From Prolixibacteraceae bacterium (GTDB lineage: Bacteria; Bacteroidota; Bacteroidia; Bacteroidales; Prolixibacteraceae), in assembly GCA_963663005.2 (NCBI GenBank), contig CAXXHH010000008.1:213229-277228 (forward strand): a DNA stretch of 64,000 nucleotides, written 5' to 3'. A program made the translations under genes and the position numbers. This document shows, one piece after another, positions 25,733-34,020 of this stretch; within the stretch, counting starts at the first letter, position 1; every line of letters starts with the position of its first letter. Under the pieces are notes generated by a model. It did not search any database. It saw only the letters and a list, made by a program, of their open reading frames with translations, and was not told the DNA's origin.

Positions 25733-26787
25733 GTTATATCTTTTAGTATTTGATTCTCACCTTGCCAAAATCCAACTTCTGAAACGGAAAATTCAACAAG
25801 CTCCCTCGCAACCTGAGCCGGATCGAACGAGGTCGGCACAAAAGGAACCATCTTTGTCTCCCTGCGTGCCATGCTGAAATCATACGATTTATCATAATAG
25901 GCCAGGGTAATATCCACCACCTTGTGATAATCACCTGCCTGAAGGGCCTCCAGCGTATCTTTGGTGTCTTTGCCTCCGAGTCTTTTGCTTATCTTTTCGA
26001 CGCTATTCTGAAGCTCCTCTATAGGAAAACAGGCATAATCGCGCACCAACCTTTCGATCCGGTCAGACTTTGGCGGATCAATTCGTAATGTCGGGCAGCT
26101 GTTCATCTGAGAGAAAAGCTCATCAAGTATAAAAACCCGTCCGATTGTCTGACTCTCTCCTTCCACCCAGATCGGCTTGGACAAATCAAAAGCTAAAATC
26201 TGCTCGATTATCAAATTGGTGAATTGCTCTGTTCCGGGTTGCGGCGGCTGACCGATTCCTCCGAAACTCGAACCCCGGTGATTGGCCAATCCTTCCAGAT
26301 CCAACACCTGATGACCTAATCCTGCAATTTCATGAAGTATCTCTGTTTTTCCTGAACCCGTTGGGCCACTGAGCATGATGAGTTTCAATCCATCCGCAAT
26401 CAGCTGCCTTCCAAAGGCACGGTAAGCCTTATATCCACCCTCCAGTACGAACACTTCCCTGCCGGCTGTTTGAAGCAACCAGGCCATACTCCCGCTCCGC
26501 ATTCCACCTCGCCAGCAATAAAGGAAAAGTGCCCCATCGTATTCTTTCGCCCGGACAACAAAGTCCTTCAACTTTGGACCAACAAACTCCAACCCCTTTT
26601 GTACGGCAAGATCACGACCCTTTTGTTTGTAAATTGTGCCAACAACCACCCGCTCTTCATCGCTAAAAAGTGGGAACGATATTGCCCCCGGCAAATGACC
26701 ATCCTTGTACTCAGCAGGCGTACGAATATCCAGAACGGTTTTTCCCTTCATCTGTTGTATAAAATCATTCGCTTTGAGTACAGTCAT
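25720..26787 (-). CDS. selU: tRNA 2-selenouridine synthase
   Basis: ATG at 26787 (MTVLKAND..). Rhodanese domain with YCWRGGMRS and a P-loop GPTGSGKT. The track ORF's extra 40 N-terminal aa are a translation of the intergenic repeat. Confidence 0.9.
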   Translation of the reverse strand: MTVLKANDFIQQMKGKTVLDIRTPAEYKDGHLPGAISFPLFSDEERVVVGTIYKQKGRDLAVQKGLEFVGPKLKDFVVRAKEYDGALFLYCWRGGMRSGSMAWLLQTAGREVFVLEGGYKAYRAFGRQLIADGLKLIMLSGPTGSGKTEILHEIAGLGHQVLDLEGLANHRGSSFGGIGQPPQPGTEQFTNLIIEQILAFDLSKPIWVEGESQTIGRVFILDELFSQMNSCPTLRIDPPKSDRIERLVRDYACFPIEELQNSVEKISKRLGGKDTKDTLEALQAGDYHKVVDITLAYYDKSYDFSMARRETKMVPFVPTSFDPAQVARELVEFSVSEVGFWQGENQILKDITCTK

Positions 26788-26850
26788 CGTTGCCAATTTA
26801 TTGCACAAATTTAACCCAAATTGCAATGATCCCGACCTCCTTAATGGAAA

Positions 26851-26882
26851 TTCCAAAATCCAAAATTTAAAATCTAAAATTC
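26851..26882. repeat. Period-8 CCAAAATC-type intergenic repeat, copy 3 (more diverged)
   Basis: The sequence is TTCCAAAATCCAAAATTTAAAATCTAAAATTC. It sits in the divergent region between selU and the membrane-protein gene. Confidence 0.7.
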
Positions 26883-26925
26883 TTTTGTAGCTTTGAATGT
26901 TCCACAACTACTAGTAACACACTAC

Positions 26926-28207
26926 ATGAAGAAAAATCATTTAATTCTCTCCATTCTATTGGTGGGGATCGCCTTTGGCACTGCCTGGGCTATCCGCGGC
27001 CAGTTTGGCCATGAACCCGGTGCCGCTTTTGCCGGGATTATTGGCGGTTCTGCTCTTTTGCTTGTTGCAAAACGCAAAGAGTGGTATACCAAAATGCTCC
27101 CCGTTATTGCCAGCTCCGCTATAGGCTGGGGTGCAACGGGCATGATCAGCTACGGGATGGTCGTTGGGTATTGCAGGGCCGCCGACTGCCTCAACGCAAC
27201 CTATGGCTTTCTATCGCTATTTGTCATCGGCGGACTATTCGGTCTGATTGGCGGCGGACTTGTCGGTCTTTCACTAAACTCCAACTCTGTTAACCGGGTA
27301 AAATGGCCTTCCCTGATGGCCGAAATGGCTGCCGGCGGACTAATATCCTATTTCTTCCTGATTGAACAGGCAGAATTGCTTATGACTCCTCCCCGATCCG
27401 AAGCATGGGCAGTATGCCTCGGTGCAGGCGCTGCCATGGTGTGGCACATGGCACGCAATAACTATTCTTCGGCTATGCGCGTGGCTTTCTATTCAATGCT
27501 CGGAGGAGGTTTCGGGTTTGCTTTCGGAAATTTTCTGCAAATCCACCGGCAATATTCTCGGAATACATTTCAATATGTGGAATGTGATGGAATATAATAT
27601 CGGATTTTGGGGTGGTTCAGGAATGGCATATGGGGTCTTCACTTCCCAATGGCCAACCGAAAATGTGGCACCCAGGAAGTACGAAAACAGTCTTTCACTA
27701 ATGCTCATCCTCCTGATAATCCCTTTGCTTGTCTGGAAAGATGCCTTTCAGGTAACTGATCTCTTGAAGAGTAACTTCCTCGAAAATCAGGAACCCAAAG
27801 CGCTTTTTATATCCGTATTAACGCTTGCAATATTGTTCGTAATGAACATTATTGTCCGCTTCAGACTCACCGGAAAACCAAAATTTGACTCGAAAGATGT
27901 CATGACCCTGTTCCTGAGTGCTTTCGGCACATACATCATCTGGAGCTACCTGATTACCGGTTTGCTAATGGGGAATTTCAGATCTGAACAACCCTTGTAC
28001 GTCCTGAACCTCGGGCTTTTTGTATGGCTCATGAACAAGTCAGAAACTCCCTTCTACGAATCTCAACAAAAGGATTTTTTGCCAAAAGACAAATGGCTGC
28101 TCTGTTTTTCGCTCATAATTGCAGGAATTATTATACTTTCGCTCATATCCAGCTTGATCTACGGGGGTATTCCCGGAGGTAACCTGAGATTCCCAATTAA
28201 GCCATGA
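26926..28207 (+). pseudogene. Polytopic Gly-rich membrane protein of unknown family, apparently split by a +1 frameshift near 27540-27555 (alternatively two overlapping genes)
   Basis: Frame-1 ORF 26926-27597 and frame-2 ORF (27422)-28207 overlap. The hydrophobic sequence continues across frames (..GGGFGFAFGNFLQI | TGNILGIHFNMWNVMEYNIGFWGGSGMAYG..). In total about 13 TM segments. Confidence 0.45.
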
Positions 28208-28300
28208 AATACCCATGAGCCATATTCGCACCAACCGAAAATGAATTATTGGGTATTCCATCAGACCTTAAAAAGCAAAATTATATGCTGATGAAAAAAT
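28198..28300 (+). repeat. Conserved stem-loop / mini-ORF module, copy A (5' leader of the gluconolactonase gene)
   Basis: About 75% identical over about 95 nt to 47317-47438. 8-bp stem AATACCCA (28208-28215) / TGGGTATT (28250-28257). Mini-ORF 28241-28291 encodes MNYWVFHQTLKSKIIC and overlaps the downstream ATG. Confidence 0.6.
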
Positions 28301-29184
28301 ATTTCTTCGTTGTACTCATTTTAGCAGGCGCTTTGTCTGCCAGCGCTAAAGAAAAAAAGAGCAATCCGGCGATCATTGAAAAGGGCGCTGTTGTTACCAA
28401 GGCCGGCGGTGGATACTCATTCACCGAAGGTCCATCAACCGCCCCAGACGGCCGGGTTTTTTTTACCGATCAACCCGACGATAAAATTGAGATCTGGAGC
28501 GAAAATGGTGCCATCTCTACATTTTCCCAATCGTCTGAAAGGTCTAACGGAACAGAATTTAACGAGAAGGGTGAACTCGTCACTTGCGCAGATTTACACA
28601 ACCGCCTCCTGGTTTTTTCAATGGATGGAACACACCGGATTCTTACGGAAACGTACAACGGAAACCAGCTCAATGGTCCCAATGACTTGTGGATTGCTCC
28701 CAACGGCGGCATCTATTTCTCCGACCCATACTATGCCCGCAACTATTGGGAGCCCGGTCACAAGGAGATTCAGGATACCCGTGGCGTCTACTACCTGAAT
28801 CCTGAGGGAAAAGTTATCAGGGTCATTCAGGATTATAAACAGCCAAATGGTTTAGTCGGTACCCCGGATGGAAAAACTTTGTACGTAAGCGATATCAACG
28901 ACCGGAAAATTTGGAAATACTCAATCAATCCCGATGGCACATTAAGCAACAAAAGCCTATTTGCACCTGAAGGTTCTGACGGCATGACCATTGATAAACG
29001 AGGGAACGTTTACCTGACGAATAGTTGCGTTTCCGTCTTTAATGCAAAGGGCGAAAGCATTGCTAAAATTACAGTTCCGGAGCAGCCATCCAATCTTTGC
29101 TTCGGCGGTAAAAAGAGGAATATTCTCTTCATAACTGCCCGTACCTCTGTCTATACTTTAAAAATGAGGGTCAGTGGCCGCTAA
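28285..29184 (+). CDS. SMP-30/gluconolactonase/LRE family protein, secreted
   Basis: ATG at 28285 gives the signal peptide MLMKKYFFVVLILAGALSASA. Beta-propeller blocks FTEGPSTAPDG, NGPNDLW, PNGLVGTPDGKTLYVSD, DGMTIDKRGNVY. Confidence 0.85.
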   Translation: MLMKKYFFVVLILAGALSASAKEKKSNPAIIEKGAVVTKAGGGYSFTEGPSTAPDGRVFFTDQPDDKIEIWSENGAISTFSQSSERSNGTEFNEKGELVTCADLHNRLLVFSMDGTHRILTETYNGNQLNGPNDLWIAPNGGIYFSDPYYARNYWEPGHKEIQDTRGVYYLNPEGKVIRVIQDYKQPNGLVGTPDGKTLYVSDINDRKIWKYSINPDGTLSNKSLFAPEGSDGMTIDKRGNVYLTNSCVSVFNAKGESIAKITVPEQPSNLCFGGKKRNILFITARTSVYTLKMRVSGR

Positions 29185-30374
29185 ATGGGTTTCTCAACAG
29201 GAGGCCTGACAACAGTTTTTGTTTTGGAAATCTTACCGTAATAGTCTTCCAAAATATTGGAAACCATTGGTCTGAAAAAATGCCAGAAGAATGGATCGCG
29301 GTCGATGTAGTTGAACTTATTGAAGTTGAATTGATGCAACCAGGATACGCCTAAAAATTTGGCACTTTCAACATACATCGGATTATCGCAGAAATCTCCC
29401 GCAAAATAATAATAGTTTTTATCCCGATTTTCTATCACACAAGGGAACACCTCCGGTATCCCATTTTCAACCATTAACTTTTTCCCTGCAGCATTGGGGT
29501 AAATTTTATACTTCGAGACAATCCTGTTGGATTCTCCCGATTCCAAAATATCAAACCAATATGGATAAGTGGTCTCCTGGGGGATGGAATATTTTTCCTG
29601 CCCGTATTGTGACGTGTAAATCCAGGGTACCTCTTCTGCCAGCGTATTATCCATCTCAAGTACGACAATTCGTTCGCTCTCGTGAACGAACAAAATCCCT
29701 GGCTGGTGAAAGTCCCACGGTTTGCCATATTGCTTTTTATAAAGCCGCTTTGCCCAAATGGGGATATCCTGGTTGATGATGGTATCTAACGGATCATAAT
29801 ACCGCCCCACCCAACCGGTCCACTTAACATCCAACAATCTCTCCGCATCAGCCCGCACGGCACGGGTCGTTGGACTGGCCAAAAAGTTAAACTCCGCCAA
29901 AATAAGTTTACCCGAATCCTTCATCCGCTGTAGCAGGATAATGTCATTTTTATTCAGTCCGCCGTATATCTTTGCCGACCTTTCATTGACAAGCGAATCG
30001 CCGTACCACTCGTTGGTATATACACCATAAGTATCGGTATAGTACACCATATCAAGACTATCCGCAACCTGGAGCACTTCCTGATCCGAAAATTTTAAAA
30101 AATCCTTTGTAACGAATTTGAAATCTTTGAGGGGAAAAAATCCTTTGTAATTAACATCGGGCTGGTTAACCTGATTGTAGGTAGTGTATTTATTATGGAT
30201 CAACAGCCAGCTCAGGGATTTGTGCTCATCCCGATCCTGGTAAGGGACAGTCATGTCGTAAATCAGAATCTTCAATGGCTTGGTTTCTCTCATCAACCAA
30301 AAGAAATAACTGACCAACGGAATCAGAAATGGCAGACTAAAGATCAACAGAATTCTATATTTTCTTTTCATCAT
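29181..30374 (-). CDS. Hypothetical N-terminally membrane-anchored protein, no recognisable family
   Basis: 397-aa ORF with one N-terminal TM helix. Coding-like composition. The stop overlaps the convergent lactonase stop by 4 nt. Confidence 0.6.
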   Translation of the reverse strand: MMKRKYRILLIFSLPFLIPLVSYFFWLMRETKPLKILIYDMTVPYQDRDEHKSLSWLLIHNKYTTYNQVNQPDVNYKGFFPLKDFKFVTKDFLKFSDQEVLQVADSLDMVYYTDTYGVYTNEWYGDSLVNERSAKIYGGLNKNDIILLQRMKDSGKLILAEFNFLASPTTRAVRADAERLLDVKWTGWVGRYYDPLDTIINQDIPIWAKRLYKKQYGKPWDFHQPGILFVHESERIVVLEMDNTLAEEVPWIYTSQYGQEKYSIPQETTYPYWFDILESGESNRIVSKYKIYPNAAGKKLMVENGIPEVFPCVIENRDKNYYYFAGDFCDNPMYVESAKFLGVSWLHQFNFNKFNYIDRDPFFWHFFRPMVSNILEDYYGKISKTKTVVRPPVEKPI

Positions 30375-30392
30375 TTACATTTTTTGCAAGGA

Positions 30393-30422
30393 TAAAAGGG
30401 AGATCGGCTTGCCAATCTCCCT
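30393..30422 (-). terminator. Candidate terminator after the TIM-barrel gene
   Basis: 8-bp stem AGGGAGAT/ATCTCCCT (30397-30404 / 30415-30422) with a 10-nt loop. On the minus strand it is followed by UUUAU. Confidence 0.45.
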
Positions 30423-30487
30423 CCTGATTCTATCTTTCGTCAGCCGGATTCCGGTTAACGCACTTCTGCCTTCTTAAATGCTTTCCC

Positions 30488-31357
30488 TTATTTAATGTAG
30501 GTCGCAGCAGCCATGAAGTCATAACTCTTTTGAACGCTAACAAGCGGTTCAAAATTGTAACGCTCTACTTCAACGAAATAATCTTTTATCCCAATGGCAT
30601 AACCTTCTTCAAAAATTGCTTTGAAGTCGAGTAATCCGCTTTCCCCAATTTCCTTTTCATCCTTGATATGTAAAAGAGGGAACCGCTTTGGATATTTTTT
30701 CATATAATCAACCGGTGAATATCCACCTTTCATCACCCAATATACATCCATCTCAAAACAAACGGTTTTGGGATCTGTATTGGCGATCATGAAATCATAG
30801 ATAATCTTATCATCGATTTTTGTGAACTCATGGTTGTGGTTATGGAAACCGAACTGCATGCCGGAAGCCGCTGTTAACTTACCAACCTCATTGAAATAAT
30901 CCATCTGGACTTTCAGTTCATCCAGTTTGTCAGGCCATTTCATTCCGGGTTTAATCATATATTTCATGCCAGTTTTTGCGTGGTCTTCAATGGCTTTTTT
31001 CCACCACTCCATAACAGAATCATGTGTTTCTTTGGTGTAATTTGGCCCTCCGAGGTGACAACTATTGAGTCTCATACCCAAATCTTTGACACGTTTTGTG
31101 AACTCATCGGGTAACATTCCGTAAATTTTACCATCTCCGTAAGATGCCGTCTCCAGAGAATAATATCCCATGTCAGCGACCTTTTTCAGCGTTCCGGCAG
31201 CGTCTTTATTCATATCGTCACGCACGGAATACAGCTGAAGTCCTACCTTTTTTTTCTTTTTCCCTGCCGGGATGGCTGCAGACACCAGATTTGTACTCAT
31301 CACCCCTCCGGCAACTATCAGAGAAGTGGCTTTTAAGAAATCTCTTCTGTTCGTCAT
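30488..31357 (-). CDS. Sugar phosphate isomerase/epimerase (xylose-isomerase-like TIM barrel) with Tat signal
   Basis: ATG at 31357 gives MTNRRDFLKATSLIVAGGV. GLQLYSVRD, GFHNHNHEF and LHIKD blocks are present. Confidence 0.85.
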   Translation of the reverse strand: MTNRRDFLKATSLIVAGGVMSTNLVSAAIPAGKKKKKVGLQLYSVRDDMNKDAAGTLKKVADMGYYSLETASYGDGKIYGMLPDEFTKRVKDLGMRLNSCHLGGPNYTKETHDSVMEWWKKAIEDHAKTGMKYMIKPGMKWPDKLDELKVQMDYFNEVGKLTAASGMQFGFHNHNHEFTKIDDKIIYDFMIANTDPKTVCFEMDVYWVMKGGYSPVDYMKKYPKRFPLLHIKDEKEIGESGLLDFKAIFEEGYAIGIKDYFVEVERYNFEPLVSVQKSYDFMAAATYIK

Positions 31358-31686
31358 TGCTATATTGTTTATTGGTTTTTGTTGAATCGTAAAAATAGTT
31401 TTTATTTTTCTCCTTAACAACAAAAGACCACTCCCTTTGTAGGAAGTGGCCCCGTTTACTAACCAAGTTCAATTCGTCCGATATAAAAATTCGCTACTCA
31501 TAAGACGCCGTCTTTCCTTAATTGTTACACCTGTTCTGCTGTTTTTTTTTCTCAAGCAAGAACTATCTGTTCTATTTAGCTGAGGGTCTGATATTTTTTG
31601 CACATAAAATAAAAATTTTCGATGCAAAAAATAATCTGGTAACTATCTTTACATCGCAAAGGATTCATAACTATTAAACTATTAAC

Positions 31687-33234
31687 ATGAAGAAGTTTTT
31701 TAAATACCTGGGCGCCGTTCTATTGGTGCTTGTGGTGGTATTATTCGTCTGGTTCGGATCAAACCTTAAAGACCAGTACCCGGATTATAATCTGGATTTG
31801 AAAATCCTGAACAATCCATCCTCCCAACTCAAGGCCGGTTTCGCTGCCTTGCCAATAACTGCGACTGTTCCCGATCGCTGGGATGATAAAAACAAAAATG
31901 CCGAATTCGATAAAGGCGAAACCTTTACCGACGGTAACGGCAATGGCAAATTCGATCCGGTCTGGATCGCAGGATTCGGCAATAATAAACCGGCGAACGG
32001 GATTCACGACGACCAGTGGGCTCGCGCGATGGTAATTGATGACGGAAAAACCCGCCTTGCTGTCGTCGTACTGGATGCAATTGGTTTCATGAACAATGAT
32101 GTCATCGATGTCAGAGGCCGGATATCAAAGGACGCAGGTATCACTTATGCCATCATCTCATCAACGCATACCCACGAAGCAGCGGATCTCCTCGGACTCT
32201 GGGGCAAAAGTCCATTCAAGAGTGGTATCGATCCGGCGCATATGGAATATGTCAAAAATCAGGCTGTCAAGGCCATAGAAACCGCTGCCAGGAATATTCG
32301 TCCAGCGCGTTTGTCGGTCTCTCAGAATCTTACCGGCGCTGCCCCGCTGGTGATCGACACAAGAATGCCTGAAGTATTCGATTCCGGACTGCGCCTAATT
32401 CAGGTTCTGGATAAAGAAACCAATAAAACTTTGGGTACGCTGATCAATTGGGGCGATCATCCGGAAACGCTTTGGAGCGACAACCTGCTTTTGACTTCCG
32501 ACTTTCCCCATTTCGTGCGCGAAGGAATCGAGAAAGGGGTATTCAACAAAGACAGCTTAATGAAGCCCGGTGTCGGCGGTGTAGCCGTTTATGCCAGTGG
32601 CGCCGTTGGCGGATTGATGACAACGCATCCGCGTCTCGCCGTGAAAGATCCATTCTCCGGTGAGGAATTCAAGGCGCCAACTTTCGAAAAAGCCACAGCT
32701 CAGGGCAAACAATTGGCCAACCTGGCGCTGAGCGCAATGAGTAAACCAGAAGAGGTGATAGATTCGGCCTCCATTTCCATTATCGCGAAAACCTTGCCAA
32801 TTCCCTTGGAAAATACCATGTTCAAACTGGCCGCCATGTTGGGAATCATGAAAAGGGGAACTACTGGCTGGATGAAAATGAAATCGGAGCTGTCTGTCGT
32901 GAAAATAGGGCCTATCTCAATTGTAACGATTCCCGGAGAATTATATCCCGAGATTTTGAATGGCGGCGTAGAAGCTCCTGCAGGTCAGGATTATGCTATC
33001 GCACCAGTTGAAGTTCCCGCCATCAGGGACATGATGCCGGGTAAATACAAATTCATGTTCGGCCTGGCAAATGACGAAATAGGCTATATCATTCCGAAAA
33101 GCCAATGGGACGAAAAAGCTCCATATACCTACGGAAAAGATGGTCACCCATACGGGGAAGTCAACTCCCTGGGACCAGAAACCGCTCCCATCATCCACAA
33201 AAATATTAAGTCCATGCTGGAAGAGTTAAAATAA
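31687..33234 (+). CDS. Neutral/alkaline ceramidase-like N-terminal-domain hydrolase, membrane-anchored
   Basis: N-terminal TM helix. GIHDDQWARAMVIDDGKTRLAVVVLDAIGF ... AIISSTHTHEAADLLG follows the PF04734-type pattern. Confidence 0.65.
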   Translation: MKKFFKYLGAVLLVLVVVLFVWFGSNLKDQYPDYNLDLKILNNPSSQLKAGFAALPITATVPDRWDDKNKNAEFDKGETFTDGNGNGKFDPVWIAGFGNNKPANGIHDDQWARAMVIDDGKTRLAVVVLDAIGFMNNDVIDVRGRISKDAGITYAIISSTHTHEAADLLGLWGKSPFKSGIDPAHMEYVKNQAVKAIETAARNIRPARLSVSQNLTGAAPLVIDTRMPEVFDSGLRLIQVLDKETNKTLGTLINWGDHPETLWSDNLLLTSDFPHFVREGIEKGVFNKDSLMKPGVGGVAVYASGAVGGLMTTHPRLAVKDPFSGEEFKAPTFEKATAQGKQLANLALSAMSKPEEVIDSASISIIAKTLPIPLENTMFKLAAMLGIMKRGTTGWMKMKSELSVVKIGPISIVTIPGELYPEILNGGVEAPAGQDYAIAPVEVPAIRDMMPGKYKFMFGLANDEIGYIIPKSQWDEKAPYTYGKDGHPYGEVNSLGPETAPIIHKNIKSMLEELK

Positions 33235-33258
33235 TTACCAGCATCAAACAGAGATGCG

Positions 33259-33951
33259 TCAGTCTTGAAAAATTAACTTCTCAAGCTGATGCATCGCCTT
33301 TATGACCACATCAGCGCCCGAATTCCATAGAATTTCATCGGCAAGTATTCCGGTGTTAACACCTATCGTGAAAATTCCGGCAGCCTTGGCCGACTCGACT
33401 CCCAACGGGGCGTTTTCTATGACAATTACCTCATTTGCTGCGAAGCCAGATTTTTTCAAGGCCATCAGGTAGGGTTCCGGATTGGGTTTCCCAAATTTTA
33501 CATCTTTCGCCGATACGATCCTATCCTTTCGCACCAATCCGGCAAAATCAACACATAACCCATCCAACAGCTGATCTTGCGCAGATCCGGTAACAACCCA
33601 AATAGCAATATCATTACTTTTTGCCAGTTCCATTACACCCGCGGTACCTTTTATTGGGAGCGCATTTGGCATCGATTCAAAGATTTCACTTTTCCTGGCA
33701 TAAATACGGGAGATCTCTTCATCTGTGGCCTCTCTCCCCAATTTCAATTGAAAGAACATCTGAACCGTGGAAGAGCCTGTGCGACCCTCATTCATATATA
33801 CCTGTTCCAATGGGAAATCCAATCCAAGATCGGCAAAAGCCTGATTCCATGCCACTGCATGATGTCCCATAGAATCGTAAATCACCCCGTCCATATCAAA
33901 AAAAATGGCTTTGATAGTTTCAAAGCCATTTGTCAATCGCCTATTATCCAT
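33259..33951 (-). CDS. HAD-superfamily hydrolase (beta-phosphoglucomutase-like subfamily IA)
   Basis: FFDMDGVIYDS (DxDG), VTGS, KPNPEPY, ENAPLGVESAKAAG. Confidence 0.85.
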   Translation of the reverse strand: MDNRRLTNGFETIKAIFFDMDGVIYDSMGHHAVAWNQAFADLGLDFPLEQVYMNEGRTGSSTVQMFFQLKLGREATDEEISRIYARKSEIFESMPNALPIKGTAGVMELAKSNDIAIWVVTGSAQDQLLDGLCVDFAGLVRKDRIVSAKDVKFGKPNPEPYLMALKKSGFAANEVIVIENAPLGVESAKAAGIFTIGVNTGILADEILWNSGADVVIKAMHQLEKLIFQD

Positions 33952-33970
33952 TCATTTAATTTGTTAATCA

Positions 33971-34008
33971 CCCCACTTCCAAAATCGAAAATCCAAAGTC
34001 CAAAATTG
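33971..34008. repeat. Period-8 CCAAAATC-type intergenic repeat, copy 4
   Basis: The sequence is CCCCACTTCCAAAATCGAAAATCCAAAGTCCAAAATTG. It lies between the HAD start and the upstream gene's stop. Confidence 0.75.
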
Positions 34009-34020
34009 CATATTTTTCCT

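Noticed and set aside
26788-26907. N-terminal extension of selU (track ORF start at 26907)
   Set aside because: The extra 40 residues (..KRILDFKFWILEF..) are a translation of the period-8 intergenic repeat. The conserved rhodanese domain starts at MTVLKAND (ATG 26787).
22008-28207. Selenoprotein genes / SECIS elements near the selenium locus
   Set aside because: No adjacent same-frame ORF pairs are separated by a single TGA. SelD carries Cys at the Sec/Cys position. No selA, selB or tRNA-Sec is in the window.
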